From sequence record OR496884.1: DNA of 64,000 nt; one strand, given 5' to 3'. Below are positions 10,156 through 20,134 of the stretch, piece after piece. The notes below the pieces were generated by a model. The model was not told where the DNA came from. It did not search any database and saw only the letters and a list, made by a program, of their open reading frames with translations. Within the stretch, counting starts at the first letter, position 1, and each line of letters opens with the position of its first letter. The position numbers and the translations under genes are program-made.

Positions 10156-11304
10156 CTATCTTTTCATCAACCAATAATGAACAAGTACACCTACACACTC
10201 TTTCTTACTCAGACAATAAACGTTTTCAAATTTAACAAACGTTTCGGTTTGACGAGTAAGATAAAGATAAAGTACACGCCGGATATCCAACTTGGATTTC
10301 TTATGGCAAACTTCCGTTAACTTTTCACGAACCTCCCAAATAGTTAATTCAGGATAGTCATATAACTTTAGTAAATCTTCTTCAGTTTTTATTTCCAGAC
10401 TTGGAAGATTAATGACTTCATCTATTTGTTTTTCTTGATGAAAACGATTTTTACCTTCAATATAAAGTTGTTCAAACATATCTAGGTAAGGTTCGTTTTC
10501 AATTAAAAATCCATAATGTTCAAGGTGTGGAAGAACATCTTTCTCTGAAACAAATTCAAACTTTTTAAACGCTTCTTTGCAGTCATCAATGATCTCTTGT
10601 TTAGAGCAGGTATACCAGTCGGCGTATGTTAACGTGTTAACTAACTTATCAGCAACAGTTGAGCTTGAAATAACTTTGAACTCATTGCATTTTTTATACA
10701 ACACCAAGCGCCAAACAGATCCATAAATTAAAGGTGTTAATTCTTTAATATTTATCAAAGGTGGCATTGTCGACAATAATAAATCTATTTCTTTAGTTAA
10801 AAGGGATTGGTATTTTTGAACGAACCGTTTATAATAATCAGTCTCTGCCGTCCATTTCAGAGTTTCTAACTCCGCGACCAGTTCGTCGAAACTATGAGTG
10901 TTTGTTTCTGCTATAAATACTTTCCAAGGTATAATCCCGTATATAAAATCATTAAATCCCATATGAATTAATGATTTATAAATGCTCTCAAAACACTGTA
11001 AAGCAAACGGTTCATCCAACACCTTACGTTTTATTTCACTAACACAATCATAAAGAAATGACGTATCCTGAGATTCATTTATTAGTTCAAGCGCTGCGTT
11101 TATAACTCTAGATACATTCTCCGGAGAGAGATCCATAATCTCAAAACTTTGCGTATTAGTTAATTGTTCTTTTAAATAAGAAAATATCTTTGTTCCATCA
11201 TCGGGAAGAGAAGAGTCGTCATAAGCTTTACGTGGATAAAGTTTGATATTACAAACCAATGTTGCAATAACTTTATCTAACGGATCAATTGCGGTGATAT
11301 CCAT
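10156..11304 (-). CDS. hypothetical protein, 382 aa
   Basis: Long ORF, AAGGA SD. Confidence 0.85.
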   Translation of the reverse strand: MDITAIDPLDKVIATLVCNIKLYPRKAYDDSSLPDDGTKIFSYLKEQLTNTQSFEIMDLSPENVSRVINAALELINESQDTSFLYDCVSEIKRKVLDEPFALQCFESIYKSLIHMGFNDFIYGIIPWKVFIAETNTHSFDELVAELETLKWTAETDYYKRFVQKYQSLLTKEIDLLLSTMPPLINIKELTPLIYGSVWRLVLYKKCNEFKVISSSTVADKLVNTLTYADWYTCSKQEIIDDCKEAFKKFEFVSEKDVLPHLEHYGFLIENEPYLDMFEQLYIEGKNRFHQEKQIDEVINLPSLEIKTEEDLLKLYDYPELTIWEVREKLTEVCHKKSKLDIRRVLYLYLTRQTETFVKFENVYCLSKKECVGVLVHYWLMKR

Positions 11305-11317
11305 TCTTATTCCTTAA

Positions 11318-11974
11318 TTAAATATTGTCATGTTGAATTAATGCAAAGGGTAAATAGTGTTCTGCTAGCTTCTTCCCTTCTTCTGAAAAGTATTCTGTTG
11401 TACTTATAAATTCTTTATTACGGCTAATAAACTCTCTAAGAGTATAGATCCCGATTTTAGGGCCCCATGCTAAGAAAAGACGGTTGATGGTTTGCTCGTT
11501 ACAAAATACCAAACTGTAAAGAATGTCAGCGTCTCTTAATATTGCTTCTAAACGATTTTCAGGAGGTGTTTGGTAAGGATATAAGGTACCCTTGATTAAT
11601 TCAATAACTTTTGATTTAAAGCTGTTTGATCCATAGTAATCGAGTTCAAACACATTAATAGCAGTAACAATGTTACCTACGTCATCTCTTGGGTTATGGT
11701 AATCAATGTCATGATGAATTGCTGCAACTACTGTTGCTTCTAAATCAGGGTCATCTCCTAACATTTTCTCTACCATCATAGCAACACCCACTAGGTGGGA
11801 AATGGAATGGTACGGACAATTCCATTGACGTTTACTTTTTAGTAAAGATAACTGTTTATCCCACCTAAGTAGAAAGGATTCAACATTAAACTCGTTCAAG
11901 CCAAATAAGACATTTTCTTCTTTGAGTTTATTCAAAATAATATCATCTTTAATCTGCATGTCTAAAAGCCTCAA
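11318..11974 (-). CDS. HD-domain metal-dependent phosphohydrolase
   Basis: Motifs PYHSISH, AAIHHDIDY, LRDAD match the HD superfamily H..HD..D arrangement. Confidence 0.8.
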   Translation of the reverse strand: MRLLDMQIKDDIILNKLKEENVLFGLNEFNVESFLLRWDKQLSLLKSKRQWNCPYHSISHLVGVAMMVEKMLGDDPDLEATVVAAIHHDIDYHNPRDDVGNIVTAINVFELDYYGSNSFKSKVIELIKGTLYPYQTPPENRLEAILRDADILYSLVFCNEQTINRLFLAWGPKIGIYTLREFISRNKEFISTTEYFSEEGKKLAEHYLPFALIQHDNI

Positions 11975-12605
11975 TTGATTTTTGTACTTTAATTTCTGTT
12001 TTCATTTTCTTTTTACGCAACAGTTCAAAAATGATTCCACCTGTGTGACTATAATAATCCGCGCAGTGTAGTTTGGGAGATATGAATTCTTCCCAAAGTT
12101 GCTTATAATCCTGTTCTTCAAGTCCAAGCAATTCTATCATATTTCTAAAATTAATTTGGAGCGGACTTAAATACATGTCCGCAGCTGGATAATTAAAATT
12201 ATCTTTTTCAAAATAATAAAGAACAGCTTCTGCAAGTTCAATTTCAGATAGTTCTGTGTGGATTGTTCGATAATCAAGTTTCCAATAAACAAAGATAAAA
12301 TTAATAAACTCGTTGTTATTCAATATCAAATCGATATAGGTTTGAAGTTTATCTTCTTGAATAACACCATTTTCAAATTGTTTAATAAGGTCCCGTAACG
12401 CGCCAGGTATGTTATCTATGTATTCTCTCCAGCCTGCCGGGGGAATAGAAAGTATAGTTTCAAGCTCCTTATAACTACCAACTTTAAGGTCACCGCTTAT
12501 ACGCATATTCGATTGTTTCAATGCGTAACGGGTAAAATAAATTATTTCTTGTATTGCAGCCACTTTATCTTTCTGTTTAAACACTTCAAGTATTTTATCA
12601 AACAT
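11949..12605 (-). CDS. hypothetical protein
   Basis: 218-aa ORF, AAGGA SD. Confidence 0.8.
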   Translation of the reverse strand: MFDKILEVFKQKDKVAAIQEIIYFTRYALKQSNMRISGDLKVGSYKELETILSIPPAGWREYIDNIPGALRDLIKQFENGVIQEDKLQTYIDLILNNNEFINFIFVYWKLDYRTIHTELSEIELAEAVLYYFEKDNFNYPAADMYLSPLQINFRNMIELLGLEEQDYKQLWEEFISPKLHCADYYSHTGGIIFELLRKKKMKTEIKVQKSIEAFRHAD

Positions 12606-12639
12606 TGCAATTCCTTAAATAAAAATAAAATTGTTAATA

Positions 12640-12669
12640 GGGTATCTAGTGGAACTCCACTAGATACCC
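12640..12669 (-). terminator. intrinsic terminator
   Basis: Perfect stem GGGTATCTAGTGGA/TCCACTAGATACCC. Confidence 0.8.
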
Positions 12670-12676
12670 ATTTTAG

Positions 12677-13177
12677 TTATTGGATATTGATTGTCTCAAT
12701 TGAAAAATCAATTGTGTTAATTATTTCAATTTTACTGACATCTTTGAACTCTAGACTTTTTGTTTCAATAAACTTTTTCAGCTTGTTAATGTGTGGAGGT
12801 GAGAATTTTTCTGTTGTGAATCCAAACTCACCTAAACTAATATATCCATAGTCAAGATGATCTCGACTAACCGATCCAAATAAACCGTTGACATAAGTTA
12901 CTTTAATAAAATAATAAACATGTTCTTTTTGACTCGCAACCAATTCGGCAAATCGATTAATGACCAAAAATCTCATTTCACTAAAATCGAGTGGCTTATA
13001 TTTATTAATAAATGTTCCAAGCTGGTTGTTTTCTGGGAAAGTAAAAATTCTAATTGGGGTGGCGTATTCAGATTCGGCGATATAGTATTTCAACTCGTTA
13101 TCAACATACACGCCGACTTGATTACTTCCGTACATTTTAACATTGTTTTCAATTTTGCTAAAGGTGATATTAGACAT
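12677..13177 (-). CDS. hypothetical protein
   Basis: 166-aa ORF, leader ATTTAGAAAAGGAAAATAACATG. Confidence 0.8.
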   Translation of the reverse strand: MSNITFSKIENNVKMYGSNQVGVYVDNELKYYIAESEYATPIRIFTFPENNQLGTFINKYKPLDFSEMRFLVINRFAELVASQKEHVYYFIKVTYVNGLFGSVSRDHLDYGYISLGEFGFTTEKFSPPHINKLKKFIETKSLEFKDVSKIEIINTIDFSIETINIQ

Positions 13178-13235
13178 GTTATTTTCCTTTTCTAAATAGA
13201 GGATTAATTAATCATTATGTAATGTTTACATTGTA

Positions 13236-13250
13236 ATGATATCTGTTTAA
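13236..13250 (-). promoter_or_regulatory. putative phage early promoter motif
   Basis: TTAAACAGATATCAT, variant of the recurring motif. Confidence 0.5.
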
Positions 13251-13834
13251 TTTTTAATGGATGTTAAGGGTGAATAGTAATTGACAACTTCTTCCCTAAA
13301 ATGTTCAACAGCACAATAAAAATCAATGCTTATTTTATATTGGTGTTGAAGAAAAACAGGGTCATAACCCCAGCCATGCTTTTTAAGAGGTGTTTTAATT
13401 ATTTTACGCAACATGATTTCTGTAGATCTAAAATTAGGAAGTATGGACATTTCCCATTGATCGCTATTATATTCAAATCGAATATACTGACCGGTAACAT
13501 TTGGGAAATTAACCAACTTTCTTAAGTTGTTTTGAAGCATGATGGTTAAATCGCAAATGGTATCTTTACCGTTTGTTAACATCAGAGTTTTGCTGTTTTC
13601 ATCAACCAACCCACATGTCCAAACAACTTCGTTATTTTCTTTATCTTCCGATATCTCTTCAGCATAAAGAAAAATACAATTACCTTTGATGTGGTTAAAT
13701 CCTTCTGGAGCAGAAGTAGTTAATGTAATTTCTTTTTCAGCTACCGCAAGTTTGCCTTCTGCTACAAAGAAGTTTTTACCTGATAATTTTCTTGCTTGAT
13801 GGATATCAATAGACTCAACTTGTATAGCGATCAT
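13247..13834 (-). CDS. hypothetical protein
   Basis: 195-aa ORF, GAGG SD. Confidence 0.8.
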   Translation of the reverse strand: MIAIQVESIDIHQARKLSGKNFFVAEGKLAVAEKEITLTTSAPEGFNHIKGNCIFLYAEEISEDKENNEVVWTCGLVDENSKTLMLTNGKDTICDLTIMLQNNLRKLVNFPNVTGQYIRFEYNSDQWEMSILPNFRSTEIMLRKIIKTPLKKHGWGYDPVFLQHQYKISIDFYCAVEHFREEVVNYYSPLTSIKN

Positions 13835-13985
13835 TTTGACCTCTTATTTCAAATTTATGTTTAAGGCTAACTGCTTTAGCTTTATCATACAAAGCTTTTA
13901 AAGTAGCTCTTTCTTTTTCTGTTTTAAGAGGTGTCGAAAACAATGGAATATAGTCGATAGTTAACATTTTGATTTTGTTATTCAT
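13815..13985 (-). CDS. small hypothetical protein, 56 aa (not in ORF track)
   Basis: Hand-translated MNNKIKMLTIDYIPLFSTPLKTEKERATLKALYDKAKAVSLKHKFEIRGQNDRYTS*; GGAG SD; fills the gap between neighbours. Confidence 0.65.
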   Translation of the reverse strand: MNNKIKMLTIDYIPLFSTPLKTEKERATLKALYDKAKAVSLKHKFEIRGQNDRYTS

Positions 13986-13997
13986 GGTTTCTCCGCT

Positions 13998-14549
13998 TTA
14001 ATTTAAAAATAAGTTTTTATCATAACCCCAGATGAGTAATACAGAAACAATCATTCCAATCAAAATGAGTGTTTCAATAATAAAACGTTTTGCTGGTTTT
14101 TCTACTTCTGGTGTGGATTCTGTTTCCTTATTTTCATCAAAGTCTATAAACTTATCAGTGTTCTTATACTGAGGAAGCCAAAGTGCAAGGGATTCGACAT
14201 TTAACTTTCGTGCTGCTGAAATCGAATTTGGCTTAATGTCAAAATCTTTACTTAAAGGCCCGTTAAGAGATGGCATTATAGAACTCAATCCCCGACCTAA
14301 GAAAACGGACTCAAGGGTTTTAAATGGAGTGATGTGAAAAACGGGGCAACCGAATGATTCAGTACGGCGGAAATAAAGATCACAATTTTCTAATTTAGGA
14401 AGATATCCAAGATTAAATCGCTCACGCCATCCTTCTAAATTTAACATGTATTTGCTGAACATTACTTGACGGTCATGTTCGTTAACATAGCAAAAGAATT
14501 GATCAGTTAAGTCGTTAAGATAGTACAGTTGTTTAATGGAATCTTTCAT
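13998..14549 (-). CDS. hypothetical protein with C-terminal membrane anchor
   Basis: C-terminal hydrophobic segment FIIETLILIGMIVSVLLIWGY; N-terminus resembles ORF 17059..17451. Confidence 0.8.
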   Translation of the reverse strand: MKDSIKQLYYLNDLTDQFFCYVNEHDRQVMFSKYMLNLEGWRERFNLGYLPKLENCDLYFRRTESFGCPVFHITPFKTLESVFLGRGLSSIMPSLNGPLSKDFDIKPNSISAARKLNVESLALWLPQYKNTDKFIDFDENKETESTPEVEKPAKRFIIETLILIGMIVSVLLIWGYDKNLFLN

Positions 14550-14566
14550 TATTAACCTTCCGTGCT

Positions 14567-15247
14567 TTATTGGAAAATATACCTAACAATGTTCTTTGCT
14601 AAATAGGTGTTTAAACTTCGACAATTAGTTCCAAATTTAACATTCATTGAAATCGGTTTAATTTTCTCTGAATGAACATTATTAAAGACACTAAACAAAA
14701 TAACAGGTATCATACCTTCAGTAGTTTCACCGGTTATTGTAACACCACCAAAAACGTTCCAGAACGCTTTATAATCGTTAGTGAGATAAAACTTACACAC
14801 TGTGTCATCTAAATAAAAAGAAACACGCTTGGGACGTTTGAGGAGCTTATCTATTATGTTTGCTCTTTCAACCACTACACCATTTTGAAGTGAGTCTCTG
14901 ATATAATCAAAATAACTATTTTCCAGATGTTCTTTGTAAACACTGACTCCCAGTTGATTCATTATTTTATTTATTTGCTCTTGTTTGAACAAATTACCTA
15001 ATGCAGATAAAGTAACAATTTGTTCATTTTTATTTATCATGTCGATTATTTTAATCGAATAGATATGATTTTTATTGCGCAATAAAATAAAGGTATAATT
15101 TAATACCTCTCCTATTTTTATTACCAATGTTCCTTTCTTTTCTCCAATTACCTTGAGTAACGTTTCCCTTGCCTTTTCATGTTTCATGTACAAAGGGAAA
15201 AAGAACAAGTAAATCGCTATTTCACGATAGTAATTAAATTCTTTCAT
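14567..15247 (-). CDS. hypothetical protein
   Basis: 226-aa ORF in block. Confidence 0.8.
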   Translation of the reverse strand: MKEFNYYREIAIYLFFFPLYMKHEKARETLLKVIGEKKGTLVIKIGEVLNYTFILLRNKNHIYSIKIIDMINKNEQIVTLSALGNLFKQEQINKIMNQLGVSVYKEHLENSYFDYIRDSLQNGVVVERANIIDKLLKRPKRVSFYLDDTVCKFYLTNDYKAFWNVFGGVTITGETTEGMIPVILFSVFNNVHSEKIKPISMNVKFGTNCRSLNTYLAKNIVRYIFQ

Positions 15248-15263
15248 AATTTCTTTTTATCCT

Positions 15264-15767
15264 TTATTGAAAAATGACTTCTAAGTTCTCACCCGCTTCT
15301 GTGTTAATATAAACTTGCCACAACACAGTGCTTAATTTATCCATCTTTTCTTTTTCCATTTCTTGCAAAATGGTGTCAACACCTTCTCCTTCAAATTCCC
15401 TTTCAACTTCTTCTCTGATCTCTGGACAATCAAATATTGTATCAAAGTTATTTTGAAATATTAGCGTTCCAATTTCTTTGATCAATACCTTTCTGTAAAT
15501 CTCTGTCTTAACTGTAAATGGTGCTGCAATTTCTTCATCTCTGATTTTTCTTTCAATAACCTTTTGAGCCTTTACCACACCCATGTTGGTGATTTTCACT
15601 GTAGCAACACCATCCTTTCTAATTAACTCAATCCCTCTTCCTACCATCTCTTTTTCAACATTATTGAACACAATCAACCCTGCATCTTTTTTGTTATCGA
15701 AGAAACGTATTACGGTAAACATACAGGTGTCAACAGCTTGCTTTACTTCTTTGAGTGTCATTTTCAT
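15264..15767 (-). CDS. hypothetical protein
   Basis: 167-aa ORF, AAGGA SD. Confidence 0.8.
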   Translation of the reverse strand: MKMTLKEVKQAVDTCMFTVIRFFDNKKDAGLIVFNNVEKEMVGRGIELIRKDGVATVKITNMGVVKAQKVIERKIRDEEIAAPFTVKTEIYRKVLIKEIGTLIFQNNFDTIFDCPEIREEVEREFEGEGVDTILQEMEKEKMDKLSTVLWQVYINTEAGENLEVIFQ

Positions 15768-15808
15768 GATTGATTCCTTCTAATAACTAAATGGTGTTTA
15801 TAACTTAT

Positions 15809-16519
15809 TTAAAGCACTTGTGTTTTAACCAGCTGCTTTATTTGATTAGCAATGACATTACTTATTACTTGTTTGTAATGACCTTTATTTTGTTCGGAAT
15901 ATCTATAAGTTTCAATACGGACTGTGGTTGGATTCTGATTGTAACTATTTTTAAGACACGACTCTGCAATAGAACCGACTATCCAACTTCCCAATGTGGA
16001 TTTGATCATTGGTGTAATTTCAACAACCGTTTCTTTAGATCCATGGAATACTTGTTCAAAAAGACTAATTTGAAAGTATTGCATGATTGGAGTTTCAAAT
16101 CGAGTTATGGATGGTTTTATTTTTCCATACCACGTTTTATTAAATATCCAATTTGTTCCTAACAATTCCCACCATACAGTTTTATTGAGTTTCTTTTCCC
16201 ACTCATCAGGTATACGGGACTTTAGTACTGGATAAATCTGCATATAAAAATCTTTATCAAATTCACCACAGACTTTTCCATCTAATTCCTCAACTTTACG
16301 ATTACCAACAATAGCAATTGTAAAATAACGTTGTTCTTCTAAATTCCATTTCAATTCAAATATTACATCTGAAGAACTAATAATTCTAATCATGTTTTCT
16401 TCACGATTCATTTGTGCATTAACAGACTCTACAATCTCTTCTACAACACTCAATGAAGCACAAAACCCAACCCAACTCATTAATGATGAAGTAGTTCCTT
16501 CAAAAGGCAATGAAAACAT
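15809..16519 (-). CDS. hypothetical protein
   Basis: 236-aa ORF, AAGGA SD, promoter motif upstream. Confidence 0.8.
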   Translation of the reverse strand: MFSLPFEGTTSSLMSWVGFCASLSVVEEIVESVNAQMNREENMIRIISSSDVIFELKWNLEEQRYFTIAIVGNRKVEELDGKVCGEFDKDFYMQIYPVLKSRIPDEWEKKLNKTVWWELLGTNWIFNKTWYGKIKPSITRFETPIMQYFQISLFEQVFHGSKETVVEITPMIKSTLGSWIVGSIAESCLKNSYNQNPTTVRIETYRYSEQNKGHYKQVISNVIANQIKQLVKTQVL

Positions 16520-16563
16520 AATCGTTATCCTTTTAATAAATTATTACCAAGTTATTCAAAGTA

Positions 16564-16578
16564 ATAATATCTATTTGT
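16564..16578 (-). promoter_or_regulatory. putative phage early promoter motif
   Basis: ACAAATAGATATTAT, matches the recurring motif core. Confidence 0.55.
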
Positions 16579-16805
16579 TTATTTTTAGATATTCAATTTC
16601 TAACTAAACAAACAAAACCCTTTCCCTACCCAGAGATCTCTCTCCAGATAGGTTTAATTGAATTTTCTTTTCTAATTTACTTTTTCTTTCAAACTTCTCA
16701 AATGAACTCGTATATGGAATAAAGGAAGTTATTCACTTCGTTCATAAGCTATCCTTATCCATATACTCATTTTCTATAATTTACTAATATAGGGTTTCAC
16801 CCGGC

Positions 16806-16870
16806 ATTGACTTGGACTTAGGTAATTGGACCCGCTCTTGACTGACGGACCCCACTTGACTGATGACCCC
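16806..16870. repeat. short direct repeats (iteron-like) in a long intergenic region
   Basis: CTTGACTGACGGACCCC (16837-16853) and CTTGACTGATGACCCC (16855-16870), plus degenerate ATTGACTTGGAC (16806) and ATTGGACCCG (16825). Confidence 0.6.
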
Positions 16871-17024
16871 CTCTTTCTCCCCCTTCTACACTATTTTGGT
16901 AGCGTAAAAATAAGGAAAGAAAGTAAAGAAAAACATCAGAAAAGTAGAATTCATCAATCAAGAAAAGAAACCAATTACATATAATATATATTCACACTAA
17001 AAAATAAACAAAAATAAACAAAAA

Positions 17025-17051
17025 AATAAGTGAGAGTTTCTCTCACTTATT
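17025..17051 (-). terminator. intrinsic terminator
   Basis: Perfect stem AATAAGTGAGAG/CTCTCACTTATT with long T tail on minus strand. Confidence 0.85.
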
Positions 17052-17058
17052 TAATTGA

Positions 17059-17451
17059 TTAAAATGGAAGACGATTGTCGTTGACAAAAACATTTTCTGT
17101 CATTTTACGAATGTCGTCTTCACTACCAAGATCGTCCCTAATGATTTTGAAAAATCCTAGGAAAGGATAAATCAATAACTCACTAATAGGTTTCCTTTTA
17201 TTGCAATTAAATAAAATACTTTTATAATGAGATTCTGGTGTTATCCAGAAAATAAAGTCTGTGTCAGGTTTTATTACACTGAAATGGAACTCTGGAAATT
17301 CTTCAATAAACTTGATTTGTTCCAAAGTAACAATTGGTTCGCCAAACTTTAATGGTGATTTTGAAACATAAACCCCTCCATTAATTTTTACGCAAAAGAA
17401 TTGATCAATCAAATCTTGAAGACTAACAAATTTACGGATACTTTCTTTCAT
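17059..17451 (-). CDS. hypothetical protein
   Basis: 130-aa ORF, GAAGGA SD; N-terminus resembles ORF 13998..14549. Confidence 0.8.
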   Translation of the reverse strand: MKESIRKFVSLQDLIDQFFCVKINGGVYVSKSPLKFGEPIVTLEQIKFIEEFPEFHFSVIKPDTDFIFWITPESHYKSILFNCNKRKPISELLIYPFLGFFKIIRDDLGSEDDIRKMTENVFVNDNRLPF

Positions 17452-17503
17452 AAGTCCTTCCTGATAAATTAAAAATACAAATGGGGGTGTTGTATTTTTG
17501 TAT

Positions 17504-18001
17504 CTACAGTGTTAAAACTATTGACGTATTTTGAAAAAGATTTAACGAATAATAATCATTGGTGATTTCGGTCATAGGTCCTTTGCACCAAGGTTTCCAA
17601 TCATTGGTTTTTATTTCAAAAACGTTATCTCTTTTTGCAAACGCTCTCAGCCGTTCATACGTTTCTTTGGTAAACTTATGATCTGGTTGGAAAATGTCAT
17701 CAATTCCATGAACGGTCAATACTTTTTGAAACATGTATTGTTGAACAAGGTTAGCGACAGCAGACATCCCATGGTAATGAAACTGTTCCAAATCAAGTTT
17801 ACCCAAAAGACTCTCTTTACGTGTTGGCGTATCGACAAGACTAACTTCAAAAGTTTCTTTACTTATCCGTTTGACATTAACTGAAAACATTTCAGTTAAC
17901 TTATAAAACATAGAAAACCCGATTTTTGTTTCAATTACGGGGAGTGAAATCAGTTGTTTAAAAACACTTAATGGGGTGACCGTGGACATATCTAACTCCA
18001 T
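17504..18001 (-). CDS. hypothetical protein
   Basis: 165-aa ORF. Confidence 0.78.
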   Translation of the reverse strand: MELDMSTVTPLSVFKQLISLPVIETKIGFSMFYKLTEMFSVNVKRISKETFEVSLVDTPTRKESLLGKLDLEQFHYHGMSAVANLVQQYMFQKVLTVHGIDDIFQPDHKFTKETYERLRAFAKRDNVFEIKTNDWKPWCKGPMTEITNDYYSLNLFQNTSIVLTL

Positions 18002-18004
18002 TTA

Positions 18005-18652
18005 TTAACTAAGAGAAATGCTCGATTGAGTTGGAATAATGATATTCCAGTTATCTTCGTTATAAAGCAAAGTCATTGTCAGTGCAGTAGTGAGGACATT
18101 GTTAAAGTAACCAGCGTCTACGTTAAAATAACTGTTCCCTGTTTTATTACTCATTGTTGTCTCCCAAACGACAACTCCGTATTTATTGGTCACTACGTAG
18201 TTTACTGTTTTAGCAGTGCTTTTAATGTGCAGACCGTTAAGCTTTCCTGATTTTAAGAAATCAAGGAAAAGATTCCCTTTGAAATTACCGTTACGAACAT
18301 AAACAGAATTCTTTACCAAACTGTTAATAAACGTAATAAAAATAAGTTCATAGCAAGCGTCAACACTTTCCTCCATAAGGTTGCCATTTGCAAAGAAATT
18401 CAGTTCGGTAAAAAACCCGATAGTTTCACTTACTCTAATTTGCATTTCTTCAGGTAAAGGTGACATAATCAAACCAAACCTGATTGCCTTGTCGTTTTCA
18501 GAAAACGTAGTTAAAGAAATTCTTAATTGTTTATGAATCTCTTTAACGTCTAAATTAACTTCAGTAGTTTCAGTACCTGCAGAAGCCACAGTACGAATGG
18601 CTTGTTTAATTTGCTCTTTATATTGAACAATTTCATTGACATTTTTAAACAT
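18005..18652 (-). CDS. hypothetical protein
   Basis: 215-aa ORF, AGGA SD. Confidence 0.8.
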   Translation of the reverse strand: MFKNVNEIVQYKEQIKQAIRTVASAGTETTEVNLDVKEIHKQLRISLTTFSENDKAIRFGLIMSPLPEEMQIRVSETIGFFTELNFFANGNLMEESVDACYELIFITFINSLVKNSVYVRNGNFKGNLFLDFLKSGKLNGLHIKSTAKTVNYVVTNKYGVVVWETTMSNKTGNSYFNVDAGYFNNVLTTALTMTLLYNEDNWNIIIPTQSSISLS

Positions 18653-18681
18653 GATGAAGATTCCTAAAATTAGTTGTTAAG

Positions 18682-18709
18682 GCTTAGGTGAGGAATCCCT
18701 CACCTAAGC
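18682..18709 (-). terminator. intrinsic terminator or hairpin
   Basis: Perfect stem GCTTAGGTGAGG/CCTCACCTAAGC. Confidence 0.75.
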
Positions 18710-18712
18710 AAT

Positions 18713-19555
18713 TTAGTTATTAATATTGAAATGGTCAAAATAGAAACTCAAAGCTGTTTCAAAATGTTCTTTTATGTATTTATTTTCAGGTGTTACAATA
18801 AACGCAACTGAAACCTGAAGTGTTGTTTCATGAAGAACAGTTTCATTGTCTTTACTCAGCACAGAAAACTTTATTTGCACCGGACCGTCTTTTTCAACAA
18901 CAATACTTCCAAACTCCAATGGGATGATCGTTTTGTCACGTTCCATCACAATGGTGTTCAAATCCATTCCTGTGTTATCAGTGAATACTTTATCCAATTC
19001 ACTAATTTTACCTGAACCTACAATTCGGGTAACTGCACCAGCTAGTTGATATCGAACACTTTGTTTAAATTTGCTAAAATCTTTAAGTTTACTGTTAACG
19101 TATTTAAAGGCTTGTTCAATCTTTTCTACTACAAACAACATGTTGAACAGTTCTTTAATTTGATTTTCAGAATGTGGGTTAGCATATTTATACAAATTGT
19201 GAGGTGTTTCTTCATCTCCCCCTACACTTTTGGAAAATGCCTGGGATATCCCATCTTTTATTTGTTTTTCTCTTTCTGAAGAAATTGAATCAGTAACTTC
19301 GTTTCCAATGTACATTTGTACTGTTTGGTTACGCGGTGCTTGAATAATAAAAGGAGTGTTACCAACAACACCTGCATAAAACAAAGACCCCAAAGTGTGG
19401 GAAACAGAAAACTGGTATTTGATACCGTCAAACGTTCCGGTATGTTCACTCTGACCTTGGTGTTCAGGAGAAAAGACGTTGTTGTCTTTCAAAGTCTCTT
19501 TCCAAACAGTTACCATTGGAGATTGAACGATTTCGATATTTTTAATATTAAACAT
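18713..19555 (-). CDS. hypothetical protein
   Basis: 280-aa ORF, leader ATTTAGAAAAGGAAAAATAACATG. Confidence 0.85.
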   Translation of the reverse strand: MFNIKNIEIVQSPMVTVWKETLKDNNVFSPEHQGQSEHTGTFDGIKYQFSVSHTLGSLFYAGVVGNTPFIIQAPRNQTVQMYIGNEVTDSISSEREKQIKDGISQAFSKSVGGDEETPHNLYKYANPHSENQIKELFNMLFVVEKIEQAFKYVNSKLKDFSKFKQSVRYQLAGAVTRIVGSGKISELDKVFTDNTGMDLNTIVMERDKTIIPLEFGSIVVEKDGPVQIKFSVLSKDNETVLHETTLQVSVAFIVTPENKYIKEHFETALSFYFDHFNINN

Positions 19556-19579
19556 GTTATTTTCCTTTTCTAAATAAGG

Positions 19580-20101
19580 TTACATTTGAACAGGAATGTT
19601 CAGTAAACGTTTTGTACTGATGGACATATTCAACATAGGACCACGATATTCTTTCTTTAATTTCCAAGCGATGCTTTTCCAAAATACCCTTTGAAACTCG
19701 CTCTCGCCTGTTTTGATTTTCTCCTGGACGTTTTCATCTTTATGAATGACAAGTCCCTGTAAGAGCATCCTATCAAACATAACGTCACAAATAGCGTCAT
19801 AAACAAAGTTGGTGATATGTGCCTTTGTGCTATAGTTTTTGTATTCAAATGTTCCAAGGAAATAGTGGAGATGGCCTTGTTTGATCGAATAGGTAATATC
19901 AATCAATTTTTGGTTGTTGTAAATACGGTATTTAAAATAAACATAAAAATCCAACATGATTTGAATTTTTATTACTTTACCATCTTTAAATACCTGTAGT
20001 CTATTTTCTTTTTCGAATTCAAAAACCTTAGCGTTCATTAATTCATGTAACGCTTTTAGATGTGTTCTTCCTTGAATCAATCCGTGGACAAACGTTTTCA
20101 T
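19580..20101 (-). CDS. hypothetical protein
   Basis: 173-aa ORF, GGAG SD. Confidence 0.8.
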   Translation of the reverse strand: MKTFVHGLIQGRTHLKALHELMNAKVFEFEKENRLQVFKDGKVIKIQIMLDFYVYFKYRIYNNQKLIDITYSIKQGHLHYFLGTFEYKNYSTKAHITNFVYDAICDVMFDRMLLQGLVIHKDENVQEKIKTGESEFQRVFWKSIAWKLKKEYRGPMLNMSISTKRLLNIPVQM

Positions 20102-20134
20102 TCTAACTCCATTCTAAATTAGAGTAGTAGGGGA

